This document shows, piece after piece, positions 1 to 10,290 of a stretch of DNA of 64,000 bases (the first letter of the stretch is position 1; each line of letters begins with the position of its first letter). A program made the translations under genes and the position numbers. The notes under the pieces are model-generated. The model saw only the letters and a list, made by a program, of their open reading frames with translations, did not search any database and was not told the DNA's origin. Where the stretch lies: IMG/VR virus record IMGVR_UViG_3300046170_000301; one strand, written 5' to 3'. This stretch comes from a virus.

Positions 1-1
1 G

Positions 2-1249
2 TTGAGCAAGTTTAGATGCTTGTGTTGTTCCACCACCAGCAATACCAAGTTGTTTTGTGATACCAAATCCTACTTTACCACCAACTCCCGTTCCAGTTTC
101 ATACTTTTGTGTTGGAGATTTCAATGGTTTCACTGCTGGTGTTTGTGGTCTTGGACGAACCTTTCCATCCATGGCACTTGGTTCACCTTGAGTATAGTTA
201 TTATCAAGTGGAACTATCAGCTCATCACCATGAAGTTCTACCAAATATCCACTATCAGGACCAGAAACTATACCACCAGTTTCAAAATGTCCCGCCGCCA
301 GTCTCTGTCGAACTACCTTTTCTCTAAACCCAGCCATCCGCTCGTAAGCATCAGGAATCATAGAAGAGCGTGGTTCTATATCTCTATCACTTCCATTGTC
401 TCTCTTGCTTTCATCTTCTTTGGTCATCACATCATCAAATGCTTCTGTTGAAGCAACATCTCTTATGTTTTCAATTCTCTTTTCTGCTTCTATATTTTCT
501 GCTTTATCAATACTCTGCTTTTGGAATTGTGTTTGAGCATTAATTGCTTTCACAATATCATCTAACTTGTCAGCAATAGTATCATTTCTTGTTTTAAGTT
601 GGTCAGCAATTTGAGATTGTGTAATGTTAGATTGTATTAAATTCTGTTGAACTTCATTTGTAGAGTTGCCAACAGAATTAGCAATAGCATTAATAGATTT
701 TGCTATCTCTTGAAGACCAAGAAGTAGTTCTTCTTTGCTAACTCGCTTCCCACTACCACCTTTATTGACAGATGTGGAGGTAGTTTTTTCTGTGCTTGGA
801 ACCAAATCAGATTTTGGTCTAAGCATTGGGTCGTCTTTATATCCTTTATAAAGTTCTAAGAACTGTTCTCTAAAGTTTACCTTTTTAGATTCATCTTTAA
901 AGAGTTTAAATATTCTATCAAATCTTTCTGCTTTTGATAGTTGTGTTTGTCCATCCTTCCCTCTTATTATCTGCCCAGCAATATCTTTTCTTCTTAAGAT
1001 ATCTTTAAGTTGGTTTTTCTTATTGCCTACATACTCACCACCAAACTTAAATCCTAGTGCTTTCTTGAAAAAATATCCCCTTTCAATACCAGCTTCTTCT
1101 AAAGAAGTATCATACTTTTCTGCTTGTTTTTGAGCAAACTTTCTTTCCTTTTCTGCTAATGCTCTTGCCTCAAGAACTTTAGATACAATATCTCCTACAA
1201 CATTTCTGTCACCAGAAGTATCTTGATAAGAAAAGGTAAAAGCTGTCAT
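2..1249 (-). CDS. Tape-measure/baseplate-hub-like virion protein, runs off the left edge; paralog of 1273-4629
   Basis: Not in the ORF track. ATG at 1249 (MTAFTFSYQDTSGDRNVVGDIVSK...), open to the window edge. Shares NDTIADKLDDIVKAINAQ and VELHGDELIV motifs with the neighbour (DSLIVSKLDAILQAFNLQ, AILHGTELVL). Confidence 0.7.
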   Translation of the reverse strand, partial: MTAFTFSYQDTSGDRNVVGDIVSKVLEARALAEKERKFAQKQAEKYDTSLEEAGIERGYFFKKALGFKFGGEYVGNKKNQLKDILRRKDIAGQIIRGKDGQTQLSKAERFDRIFKLFKDESKKVNFREQFLELYKGYKDDPMLRPKSDLVPSTEKTTSTSVNKGGSGKRVSKEELLLGLQEIAKSINAIANSVGNSTNEVQQNLIQSNITQSQIADQLKTRNDTIADKLDDIVKAINAQTQFQKQSIDKAENIEAEKRIENIRDVASTEAFDDVMTKEDESKRDNGSDRDIEPRSSMIPDAYERMAGFREKVVRQRLAAGHFETGGIVSGPDSGYLVELHGDELIVPLDNNYTQGEPSAMDGKVRPRPQTPAVKPLKSPTQKYETGTGVGGKVGFGITKQLGIAGGGTTQASKLAQ

Positions 1250-1272
1250 TTATATTTCCTTCCTTTTCATAT

Positions 1273-4200
1273 TTAGTTTCCTAAACCAATACGAAGTTTT
1301 TCTAATGTCTTAGCATTATATTCATTCTTAGTTCTCCATCTACCAGTAGCCAAAGGAACAAACTCAACTCCTGGAGCAGATGGAGGAGTAGATGGTTTTG
1401 CTTGCTGGTTTACTACTAAGTATTTTGTTCCGCCTCTATTATCTGGACCTTGTAAAGATTGAAACTTTGGTGCTTGTGTTGGAGATGGTTTTATTTCTCC
1501 AGACAAAGATGCTGTTGCTCTCGGTCCCCCGCCTTCCTTTTCTATCTGTCTCTGTCTACTTACTTGTTCAAGTATCCATCTATTTTTATCTTTTGATACT
1601 GGAATAACATTTCCCTTTTCATCAGTGACTTTATTGTTTTCAAAGTCAAAGTTTACCTTCATGTATTCACCTTGTTTATTTTGAACATTATAAGTTTTAC
1701 TTGTTGTCTTGGGAACAACTGGTTCCTGTGGTTCCACTTCTTGATTCTGCCCAGACAAATCAACTTCAGGAGCATCCTGTCTCTCCATTTCCTTGTTAAC
1801 TACAGTAACTTTACCACCACCTCTAAAGAACTTACTGGCATATGGTTGTGGATTCATATGTCCTGTTAATACTCCACCGTTCCATCCAGTTCCAAGTTCA
1901 AAGTGTAAATGTGGACCTTCACTGGCACCAGTGTTTCCTAATGTTCCAATAACTGGGGCATTTCCTTGACTATCTGGTTCTAATTTCTGTCCCTTTCTTA
2001 CATTAATACTATCTAAATGTCCATACAATGTATGTAATCCATCGTCATGTTTTACAACAACAAACTGACCCCATCCAGCATTTTTATTGTTTGGATTTTG
2101 CCATCCAGCAAACACAACAGTTCCTGGTTGTATCACAGATATTGGGGCACCAACTCTTGAAAATGGTCCACCAGAATAATCAACACCATTATGAGTTGGT
2201 CTATTTGATGTTCTAAATCCACTATAAACATATGCCGATGGGTCTTCACCACCTTTTACTGATAAAGCGTCGCCAATATCAATTTCAGGAGCATCAGTTG
2301 GATTTATCTTCCCGCTAATAGCCTTTATCAAACTATTAATAGGGTCCTGTAAAAATCCTAATAGTTTATCAACAAAAGATTCTTTCTTTATACCATACTC
2401 TTCATCTCTTTCAAGAACTTTCTTTTCTTCTTCCTTTTTCTTTAATGATGGTCCAATTGTTGGGAAGTTACCACCAACTGGAGTTTGAGCAATGACATTA
2501 GGGACATCAAATGTTTTCATTAATGGTCCCGCCATCTGCCTAATCAATGGAGCAACTGATGCTCCTGCTGGACCCATGCCACCAACAAAGTTCATGGTAG
2601 CTGCTACCATAGCACCACCAATATCATTAAATGGATTGAGTTTATCTTTATCTAATACAAGCTCTGTGCCATGAAGTATAGCAGTTCCAGGTTCTACATC
2701 CTTTGTTCCTTGTTCGTATCCTTCTGCTCCAGTAAAAGTATCAGAAATCTTAGAACCAGCAAATCCACCACCAATACCACCAAGTATACCACCGAGAACA
2801 GCTCCTATAGCAGCGCCAGGAGCAGCACCAACGCCACCAAAAAAAGCTCCTATAAAAGCGCCCAAAGCAGCTCCACCTTTTGCTCCAGCGGCACCGCCAG
2901 CTGCAGCACCAGCAAGTCCACCCCCCACACCAGATAGTGCTTGAACATCACTCTGCCCAGCTTTTTTTCTTTCTGAATATTCAAGTCCAGCAAAAGCATA
3001 TTTCAATGGTCCTGCTGCTCTACCCACTCTTCCCAATCCTTTTATTTTATTCAAAGCATTAACAGCTTTTCTCGTCTGTCCTGGCATTCTTCTCGCCAAT
3101 GCTCCACCTACTCTCGATGTCACCGCTTTAGTTGCTCTTGACTTCAACATATCAGGAGTCTTTTGTAATTTTCTAAGTCTCCTTCTCATATTTCTAAGTC
3201 TTTTTGGAGACTTTCTGTATAGTTTTTTGGCAAATTTACTTCTTAAATATTTTAAAATAAAGTTCCCCCCTTTGCCATCAGTTTTTATATTACCAGATAC
3301 ATCAACATACTCAAAAGTTCTAGCGGCATCTCTCTTCTCTTCCAATGCTCTTTCGGCAGCAGCATTCTCAGCTTCTTCTGCTAACTGTTTTGCTTTCTCA
3401 TTTTGAAGATTAAATGCCTGTAGTATAGCATCAAGTTTAGATACAATCAAAGAGTCCTGATTTTCAACAGTATCTAAAGCAGATATTAGAACTTGAGTGT
3501 TAGCTAATATAAGATTGTTTTGATTTTGAATTGAATCATTGATGCTTGATAGTTCTCCTTGAATCTTCAAGAAGTTAGACTTCATAAACTCAAAGATTTC
3601 TTTGTTTGTTTTGTAAGAACTTGGTTTAGATGTTGCTCTTTCTCTTTTTTTATTATTGATAACCTGTTCAAGTTCTTCTCTAATGCTGTCTGGTATATCA
3701 GATAGGTCTACCTCTTGTTGAGCATTGTCTGCTTCTTCCAAAACTTCAGCAGCAGTTTCTGCCTGTTCTTTTACTTCTTCAGTATCATTTTCTTCTTCAT
3801 CTCTAATTGAATCAAGAAAAGAATCATCTATAATACTTTCATCTTCATCATATTCTTCTTCATAATCATCTTGTATTGGAAACTCAAATGGTCCATCGTA
3901 AATAGGAGGAACAACTACAGGATTCTCATCTGGATATGCCTTAACAAGTTCAAGAATATATTCCTTAATCCTATCACGATATTCTCTAAGCTCTTCGTAG
4001 TCATCATAACTATTCAATCCAGTAACAGCAAATATCCACTCTCTAACAGCTTCTTTTGTTCCTGTAGATTTTTGGTTATCACCTTTACTGAACTTTGAAT
4101 AATATATTGCTCTATCAATATCAGATTTAAACTCAAGGTCATACAAACCAGTCTGTCCCCACATATATCGTGGTTGAATGTGTTGTAGTTCTGGATATAA

Positions 4201-4629
4201 CTTTGGATGATTTACATTTCTTACTGGTTTTTTTTCAATTTCTAGAACAGGTTTCTCTTCTACTGTAGGGGTAGGTTCTTGAACTGGAGCTGTTTGTTTT
4301 GATTCTGAAGCATCAGATAATCCATCTGAAGCATCAGATAATCCATAAAATATTTTTAGTTTTCTTTGAATGGAATAAAAAGCGGCAGAACTTTTTCCCG
4401 TTATAATTTCACTATCTATATCATCATAATATTCTGGCAAATCTGTTATTGATAACCAAGTATCTCTACTGGCAGAAATTCTTTTTGCTTTATCAATTCC
4501 TTCAGTTGTATGTGGAAGAACCCCATAACTAATTAAATGTCCTTCGAGAATTTCTCGATAAAAATCATTTCTAATTTTTTTTATTGCCGACAGAGGAATC
4601 TCCCCTTTTGATAACTTGAAATCGTTCAT
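1273..4629 (-). CDS. Tape-measure/baseplate-hub-like protein with C-terminal M23 peptidase domain
   Basis: Gly/Ala-rich hydrophobic segment; M23 motifs HNGVDY, YGHL and GPHLHFE; lies directly after gp26/gp51. Confidence 0.75.
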   Translation of the reverse strand: MNDFKLSKGEIPLSAIKKIRNDFYREILEGHLISYGVLPHTTEGIDKAKRISASRDTWLSITDLPEYYDDIDSEIITGKSSAAFYSIQRKLKIFYGLSDASDGLSDASESKQTAPVQEPTPTVEEKPVLEIEKKPVRNVNHPKLYPELQHIQPRYMWGQTGLYDLEFKSDIDRAIYYSKFSKGDNQKSTGTKEAVREWIFAVTGLNSYDDYEELREYRDRIKEYILELVKAYPDENPVVVPPIYDGPFEFPIQDDYEEEYDEDESIIDDSFLDSIRDEEENDTEEVKEQAETAAEVLEEADNAQQEVDLSDIPDSIREELEQVINNKKRERATSKPSSYKTNKEIFEFMKSNFLKIQGELSSINDSIQNQNNLILANTQVLISALDTVENQDSLIVSKLDAILQAFNLQNEKAKQLAEEAENAAAERALEEKRDAARTFEYVDVSGNIKTDGKGGNFILKYLRSKFAKKLYRKSPKRLRNMRRRLRKLQKTPDMLKSRATKAVTSRVGGALARRMPGQTRKAVNALNKIKGLGRVGRAAGPLKYAFAGLEYSERKKAGQSDVQALSGVGGGLAGAAAGGAAGAKGGAALGAFIGAFFGGVGAAPGAAIGAVLGGILGGIGGGFAGSKISDTFTGAEGYEQGTKDVEPGTAILHGTELVLDKDKLNPFNDIGGAMVAATMNFVGGMGPAGASVAPLIRQMAGPLMKTFDVPNVIAQTPVGGNFPTIGPSLKKKEEEKKVLERDEEYGIKKESFVDKLLGFLQDPINSLIKAISGKINPTDAPEIDIGDALSVKGGEDPSAYVYSGFRTSNRPTHNGVDYSGGPFSRVGAPISVIQPGTVVFAGWQNPNNKNAGWGQFVVVKHDDGLHTLYGHLDSINVRKGQKLEPDSQGNAPVIGTLGNTGASEGPHLHFELGTGWNGGVLTGHMNPQPYASKFFRGGGKVTVVNKEMERQDAPEVDLSGQNQEVEPQEPVVPKTTSKTYNVQNKQGEYMKVNFDFENNKVTDEKGNVIPVSKDKNRWILEQVSRQRQIEKEGGGPRATASLSGEIKPSPTQAPKFQSLQGPDNRGGTKYLVVNQQAKPSTPPSAPGVEFVPLATGRWRTKNEYNAKTLEKLRIGLGN

Positions 4630-4631
4630 TG

Positions 4632-4784
4632 CTATTGCTGTTTCTTAGCTTCTTCTTCTTGAATGTGCTGAATCAATAGAGCAACATACACTTCACGTTC
4701 CCAAGGCATCATATTCTCAAGCTCCGTTAAAGAATATTTATGGAACTGCATCAGATTGAAGTTCGTTTTGTAATACCCTTCCAA
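4632..4784 (-). CDS. gp51: Baseplate hub assembly protein, gp51-like
   Basis: Hand translation (L/M)EGYYKTNFNLMQFHKYSLTELENMMPWEREVYVALLIQHIQEEEAKKQQ*; the ENMMPWERE motif and position after gp26 are typical of cyanophage gp51. Confidence 0.8.
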   Translation of the reverse strand: MEGYYKTNFNLMQFHKYSLTELENMMPWEREVYVALLIQHIQEEEAKKQQ

Positions 4785-4801
4785 CGTATTGTGGAAGAGT
4801 G

Positions 4802-5515
4802 CTATACGAAAAAATTTTGTAGTCCCTCAATAACATACGAAGATTCCACACCAGTATTTGGATTCTTCACTTTAAATTCATGACGTAGTTTAGGCATGGT
4901 CTCATAGAATTTTTGAATGGCTTCAAACTGTTTGTTTGTCAACGTCTCCACCCATTCTTCCATCTCTTTCTTTGATGTGGTAGACATATCCCACACTTCT
5001 TCACCATCAAATACTTGTTCAATGTGGTCAGCAATAAACTTAAATACTTCTTCAGTTTTGATATCTTTATCGAGGAACTCAGACTCAATAAATCTATCCA
5101 TACTTGGATACTTTATAATGATACCAAGAGTATCTGTCAACATAATCTTATTGGTATGACCTTCTAGTTTAATTACCTCAACCTCTTCAATGTTGATTGA
5201 TGTTTCTACTTCTGTTTCATTATCATCACGACATGTTACTTTCATTTTAATCATTTCACCAGCAGAAGCAGCACGAATCTTTAAGAAGATATATTCCAAA
5301 TCAAATGATGGAAGTTCTTCTACTTTGATTCTACTGGTAACACAGTTACTAATGAGTTCTTTGATTGCTTCTTTAATTGGTCCTTCTTCTTCTGATTCTA
5401 AGGCAAGGAGAAGAACCTTTTCTTCTTTAACAATATATGGTCTGTATTTAATTTTCTTTTTGTTGGAAGGAAGTTCAAGTTCAAGAGTTGGATAACCAAT
5501 TTTAGGTAATGACAT
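4802..5515 (-). CDS. gp26: Baseplate hub subunit gp26
   Basis: MSLPKI...IKYRPYIVKEEKVLL...FDLEYIFLKIRA...IEGLQNFF is the T4-like gp26 pattern. Confidence 0.9.
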   Translation of the reverse strand: MSLPKIGYPTLELELPSNKKKIKYRPYIVKEEKVLLLALESEEEGPIKEAIKELISNCVTSRIKVEELPSFDLEYIFLKIRAASAGEMIKMKVTCRDDNETEVETSINIEEVEVIKLEGHTNKIMLTDTLGIIIKYPSMDRFIESEFLDKDIKTEEVFKFIADHIEQVFDGEEVWDMSTTSKKEMEEWVETLTNKQFEAIQKFYETMPKLRHEFKVKNPNTGVESSYVIEGLQNFFV

Positions 5516-5544
5516 ATATCTTTAAGTCAAGTCGATGTAAATAT

Positions 5545-6252
5545 TTATCCCTCAAATTTACGAACGTCTGAAGTATAAATGCTGTGAGTTGTGTAATAAA
5601 AATTACCAGTTACTTTTGTAATCTGTGATGTTCCATAAGATAAAGGAACCGCATCAACTGAATAAGGAAAACATTTTTCAATTACATATACCAATGGCAC
5701 TCTACTGTTTGGAGCGGTCTTTCCTCTTTCTGTCTTGGCAATTCTAAGTACTGCTTGATATTGATTAGGATATTTCAATCTAATAGACCTATTTACATTC
5801 CTTTCTTTTGCTTCGTTTTTAAAATTTTTTAAGGAGTCTGTAGTTCTTTGTATAGGATATTCATTAAACAAACCAGCACTAAAAATATAATTGTGCCAGG
5901 CAAGAAGAAACTTATATGGTGCCATGTTGGCATCACACATCCAAGTTAAACTGAAGTCACTCAAAAGTCTTGTATGTGGATAATTCTTCTGTCCTTCACC
6001 AAGATACCTACCATTAACCTGACCAGTGGCAGCTTGAGAATTAGGTAGTTGTGCTTCATCACAGAACATATTAATTAGAGAACCAGGATTGCCAGCATCA
6101 TTTGCTTCAGGAACTTTTATATTATAGTTCTGTAATACTCCGTTAAGTTCCGTAAGTCCACTAAAATCAAACTCAATGTCATATCCATTTGTCATGGACA
6201 TTCCGCCGTTGGCGGAAATCGCTGCCATGAAATTTGTTATTGAACCTGCCAC
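5545..6252 (-). CDS. Tail tube initiator / tail-tube-like protein (gp54/gp19 family)
   Basis: CDEAQLP and FPYSVDAVPLSYG...KVTGNFYY tube-fold motifs; lies between gp26 and gp4. Confidence 0.65.
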   Translation of the reverse strand: MAGSITNFMAAISANGGMSMTNGYDIEFDFSGLTELNGVLQNYNIKVPEANDAGNPGSLINMFCDEAQLPNSQAATGQVNGRYLGEGQKNYPHTRLLSDFSLTWMCDANMAPYKFLLAWHNYIFSAGLFNEYPIQRTTDSLKNFKNEAKERNVNRSIRLKYPNQYQAVLRIAKTERGKTAPNSRVPLVYVIEKCFPYSVDAVPLSYGTSQITKVTGNFYYTTHSIYTSDVRKFEG

Positions 6253-6283
6253 TCTAAATATATCTGATGGACCACTTATATTT

Positions 6284-6721
6284 ATGGCGTATTCTGGAGT
6301 TTATAAACCAAAAAATCCACAGAAGTATAAAGGAGACCCAAATAATATTATATACAGGTCTATGTGGGAAAAAAAGTTTATGATTTTTTGTGATAATAAT
6401 GATAGCATTATAGAATATTCTAGCGAAGAAATTATCATACCATATCGTTGTCCTACTGACGGTAAGTTACATAGATACTTCCCAGATTTTTACATCAAAG
6501 TTAAATCAAAATCAAATCAAATAAAAAAATATCTCATTGAAGTGAAACCAAAGAAACAAGTTACTGGTCCAGACAAAAATCCAAAAAGAAAAACTACTGC
6601 TTGGAAAAGAGAAGTAATGACTTTTGCTAAGAACAGTGCTAAATGGGAAGCGGCGAAAGAGTTCTGTGAAGATAGACAAATGAAATTTCTTATCCTAACA
6701 GAAGACCACTTAGGAGTATAA
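6284..6721 (+). CDS. gp4: Head completion nuclease gp4
   Basis: True start MAYSGVYKPKNPQKYKGDP at 6284; YRSMWE, HRYFPDF and IEVKP motifs; CTAAATA late-promoter core at 6254-6260. Confidence 0.9.
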   Translation: MAYSGVYKPKNPQKYKGDPNNIIYRSMWEKKFMIFCDNNDSIIEYSSEEIIIPYRCPTDGKLHRYFPDFYIKVKSKSNQIKKYLIEVKPKKQVTGPDKNPKRKTTAWKREVMTFAKNSAKWEAAKEFCEDRQMKFLILTEDHLGV

Positions 6722-6722
6722 G

Positions 6723-7553
6723 GTGGCAAAGAAAAATAATTTAAAACCAAAAGCATACGCCAAGAATAATATTGATAGATGGTCGTATCTAACTGGTTAC
6801 GAACTATCTTCTCTTAAAGGATATACAAGAGACCAGTTACGAGGCATTGCTTCAAGATATGGTATCAAAAATGCTTCTCGTTTATCTGGTGATGAAGTAA
6901 TAAAACAGATTCAAAACTCAGAAGATTATAAAAAAGCAGGAGAAGAACAAACAAAGTTAACCATATTTGAAAAGGTAAAAAAGGCAACTGGCGGAGAAGC
7001 AAAGTCAACTGAATGGTATAAAAGAACACTGAAAACATTAAGTAAAGATATAACAAAAGAACCAGCAAGGATGACACAAGAACAGAAGATGGAATCTGTT
7101 CAAGCACTTGTTCATCAAGACCAAAATGTTCTAAGGCGTAGAGTATTTCCAGGTCATTTATATTTCTTTGAGTATAAAGCAGAAACTCCAGACCTACCAT
7201 ACTATGATAAGTATCCTTTGGTATATGTTTTTAAAGTAAGTGGGTCTGAATTTTATGGAGCAAACTTACACTACATCAACTATAAAAAAAGAAAAATAGT
7301 TATCGAAAAATTACAAAAAGACCTCATCGATATACCTAAAAAAATCATCCATAAATATTTAAATAAAAGATGTAAGAGTTTGTTTATAGACTTAGCAAAA
7401 GACGAATGGGTGACTTCTATTTTTCTTCCAGTAGAAGATTTTGTTCTAATGAAAGGCGGTGGTCGTATAGAGTATCCAAAAGAAATGGTCTGGGAAGAAA
7501 TGGATCAATATTGGAATGACCGTATCAAAGGAACAAGAGTAGAAAGAGGGTAA
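6723..7553 (+). CDS. gp2: DNA end protector protein gp2
   Basis: PGHLYFFEY...LPYYDKYPLV...FYGANLHY motif. Confidence 0.8.
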   Translation: MAKKNNLKPKAYAKNNIDRWSYLTGYELSSLKGYTRDQLRGIASRYGIKNASRLSGDEVIKQIQNSEDYKKAGEEQTKLTIFEKVKKATGGEAKSTEWYKRTLKTLSKDITKEPARMTQEQKMESVQALVHQDQNVLRRRVFPGHLYFFEYKAETPDLPYYDKYPLVYVFKVSGSEFYGANLHYINYKKRKIVIEKLQKDLIDIPKKIIHKYLNKRCKSLFIDLAKDEWVTSIFLPVEDFVLMKGGGRIEYPKEMVWEEMDQYWNDRIKGTRVERG

Positions 7554-7557
7554 TCTA

Positions 7558-8589
7558 ATGGCATTTTCACTCGCTGAGCAAGAAGCTATACAGGAAGCAT
7601 TACAACAAAGAAGCGATCAGGAAGCATTACAAACTGGCCAACAAGATTTATATTCATCTCAAAGAATTAGTGTAAAATCTGCTATTTCGGCAGAAAATTA
7701 TCAAGTAGAAAAAGGAGCTACTATATTAAAATATCCAGATAAAATGCTGGATAATAATACCGACTATGTAATATTTGGATTTTATAAGTACGACCCCCCA
7801 TTTGGTAGAGGACAAGGAGGAGATGGCAGTTTAGATTTTGATTCTGGAAATGCAGGATACAATTCTTATGCCAAGTCTGGCATAGGAAAGAAAAGAATCC
7901 GTGGAATGGATCCAATTCTTCTATACATGCCAGAAGATATTCAAGGACAATACAGTGCTAAATGGCAGGGCACTGGATTTGGTGCTACTACAGCTGGGTT
8001 ATTAAGTGCTGCTGGAACTTCAGCTAATATCATGGCTGGTCTAGAATCTTTACCAGCAGTAATAAAAAATGGTGTGTTCAAAGCAGAATTAGAAAAAATA
8101 AACAAACTAACTGGTTCAAGCGTATCTTTAAATCAATTTACTGGAGCAGTATCAGGAACAATAATAAATCCAAATACAGAAATGACTTACGAAGCTCCAG
8201 AAATGAGGGGATTTAGTTTACAATTTAAAATGATTCCAAACAATGGTGTAGAGTCGAAAACTATCAGAAAAATATGCAACAGATTTAAGAAAGCAATGCT
8301 TCCAAGATTTGGTGGACAAGCAATCTTTGGAACAGTTAAAAATGCCCCAAACCTTTTATCAATTCCAGCATTATGTCAGGTAAATTTTATGTCTGGAAAC
8401 GGAATGCACCCATACCTACCACAATATAAATTATGTGCCATCACTGATGTTTCTATTAACTACACACCAGATGGTTCATATGCTACATATGGTGATAAGG
8501 CTCCTGTAGCAACAGTATTAAAAGTTACTTTTAAAGAAACCAAGCTGTTGTTCTCAGATGAAATCAACGAAGATGGAGTAAGTTTCTAA
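7558..8589 (+). CDS. gp48: Baseplate tail tube cap gp48
   Basis: LYMPE, INPNTEMTYEAPEMRGFSLQFKMIP, NYTPDG and FKETKLL motifs; upstream of gp53. Confidence 0.8.
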   Translation: MAFSLAEQEAIQEALQQRSDQEALQTGQQDLYSSQRISVKSAISAENYQVEKGATILKYPDKMLDNNTDYVIFGFYKYDPPFGRGQGGDGSLDFDSGNAGYNSYAKSGIGKKRIRGMDPILLYMPEDIQGQYSAKWQGTGFGATTAGLLSAAGTSANIMAGLESLPAVIKNGVFKAELEKINKLTGSSVSLNQFTGAVSGTIINPNTEMTYEAPEMRGFSLQFKMIPNNGVESKTIRKICNRFKKAMLPRFGGQAIFGTVKNAPNLLSIPALCQVNFMSGNGMHPYLPQYKLCAITDVSINYTPDGSYATYGDKAPVATVLKVTFKETKLLFSDEINEDGVSF

Positions 8590-9242
8590 TGGCATACTTT
8601 GAAAACATACCAAACATCGAATACGATACAAAACCAATTCAGTATCCTTTTTCTGAATCTGATTTTGTAGTAGCAAAAAATTTCTTCAGAAGATATCAAG
8701 TCAATCCTGATGTCTTTTCTTACTCAGTTTTCTTTAAGCAATATGCTATTGAAGAAGGAGAAAGACCAGACACTTTAGCAGACAAAGCATATGGAGACCC
8801 TTTCCTTGATTGGGTTATCATACTAACAAATAACCTCGTCAATCCTTTATTTGATTGGCCTTTATCTCAGTATCAACTAAGAAAATATTGTGAATCAAAT
8901 TATGATGACCCATATGGAACTATCATACACTACGAAACGTATGAAATAATCAATGATGTTGGTAACGTTGTTCTGAAAGAAGGGTTATCTGTTGACGAAA
9001 CTTTTTACAACGGCATATTTAAATATTGGAATGGTGATGAAGTAGTTCAAATTCCTGGCGCTCAAGCATGTAGACCGATAACAATCTTTGAATACGAAGA
9101 CCAAAAGAACGAAGAGAAAAGAGAAATCTTTTTGTTGAAACCAGATTATATTGAGTCTTTCATATCTGACTTCAGAAAAACAAATCTATATCAAAAGTCA
9201 AGTGACTACATCAATACAAAACTCAAGAAGACTGGAGTATAA
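8589..9242 (+). CDS. gp53: Baseplate wedge subunit gp53
   Basis: YFENIPNIEY...GERPDTLADKAYGDP.LDWVIILTNN...DWPL. Confidence 0.9.
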   Translation: MAYFENIPNIEYDTKPIQYPFSESDFVVAKNFFRRYQVNPDVFSYSVFFKQYAIEEGERPDTLADKAYGDPFLDWVIILTNNLVNPLFDWPLSQYQLRKYCESNYDDPYGTIIHYETYEIINDVGNVVLKEGLSVDETFYNGIFKYWNGDEVVQIPGAQACRPITIFEYEDQKNEEKREIFLLKPDYIESFISDFRKTNLYQKSSDYINTKLKKTGV

Positions 9243-9273
9243 AAAAAGAGGGGCAAATGCCCCTCGACTTTTT
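9241..9273. terminator. Probable bidirectional intrinsic terminator between converging gp53 and gp32
   Basis: A-tract, hairpin GAGGGGCA-aa-TGCCCCTC, then a T-tract. Confidence 0.7.
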
Positions 9274-9328
9274 TGACCATTTTTTGGCGGAAATTTTTTC
9301 TCCAATTAATGGTTTTTGTTTTTCAATT

Positions 9329-10234
9329 TTAGTCTTCCTCAGCAAGACGAGCGAAGTAACTAAGAGCATCGTTATCTTCATCAGAAGAACTACTCACACC
9401 AGCAGAAACTGGTTCTTTAGCAGTAATGTCTGGAGCATTGAAAGACATGGGTTCTTCTTCTTCCTCATGCTGTGCCTGACGGACAGCAGGAGAAGGAGTA
9501 GAATCAAGTCCAAGAGCAATGTTCAAACGATTATTAAGTTCTTCATAATTTTTGAACTCAGAAGGAGCAGTGAATGCTTCAAGAGAATACTGTTGCTTCC
9601 AGATGGATTCCATCTCTTCTTCATCAGGACTAAGAGCGGTAGGAGAAGCAAACTCAGAAGAATCGTAGTTCCAATAACCACCAATTGTTTTGATTTTCAG
9701 TTTGAAGTTAGCACCTTCCCAGAAGTCAAAGACGTTAACAGGAGTTTCGTCTTGAAACTCGGGTTGCATGGCAGCAAGAATCTTGTCATGAATCTTCTTA
9801 CCATACCTGTAGAGAAAAACTTTACCGTTGTTTTCTGGATGCTTGGAGTCGTTTACGACATAAATGTTGCTGTAGTAAGAAAGCTTACGCTTACGTTGGC
9901 GAGCAATATCTTTATCAGATTCATGACCGCTGTTCCACAGCTTCTGGTTGGTAGCACAAATGGGACACTTATCACCATTGGTAGTGAGACAGTTATCAAT
10001 CAACCAACCGCCAGGACCTTGGAAAGCATGAGAATAAATCTTTGCCCAAGGGAGAGACTCCCCTTCGGGAGCAGGAAGGAAACGAATAACAGCGTATCCA
10101 TTTCCAGAAGCATCAAGTTCTGGCTTCCACAGACGCTCGTCGGCACCATTACTATTGGTGCTGGACTTTTCAAGTTCCTTTTGAAGGAAGTCAAAGTTGG
10201 TCTGGGATTGACGCTTAAAATCAGCAAAAGACAT
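9329..10234 (-). CDS. gp32: Single-stranded DNA-binding protein gp32
   Basis: GNGYAVIRFLP, HAFQGPGGW, GANFKLK, NYDSSEF and acidic tail ending SYFARLAEED. Confidence 0.95.
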   Translation of the reverse strand: MSFADFKRQSQTNFDFLQKELEKSSTNSNGADERLWKPELDASGNGYAVIRFLPAPEGESLPWAKIYSHAFQGPGGWLIDNCLTTNGDKCPICATNQKLWNSGHESDKDIARQRKRKLSYYSNIYVVNDSKHPENNGKVFLYRYGKKIHDKILAAMQPEFQDETPVNVFDFWEGANFKLKIKTIGGYWNYDSSEFASPTALSPDEEEMESIWKQQYSLEAFTAPSEFKNYEELNNRLNIALGLDSTPSPAVRQAQHEEEEEPMSFNAPDITAKEPVSAGVSSSSDEDNDALSYFARLAEED

Positions 10235-10290
10235 ACGGATTACCTCAGATTTATTTGGATTTGGCCTTTGTGACTTGTGGTCACCTACAC

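Noticed and set aside
4305-4346. 21 bp tandem repeat (GLSDASD)
   Set aside because: In-frame micro-duplication in a low-complexity linker with no sign of function.
9257-10273. Long antisense ORFs here and at 15883-16683, 35854-36585 and 62010-62989
   Set aside because: They are shadows of strongly biased genes on the opposite strand (gp32, psbA, porin-like, cobS/cobT) with no recognisable motifs.
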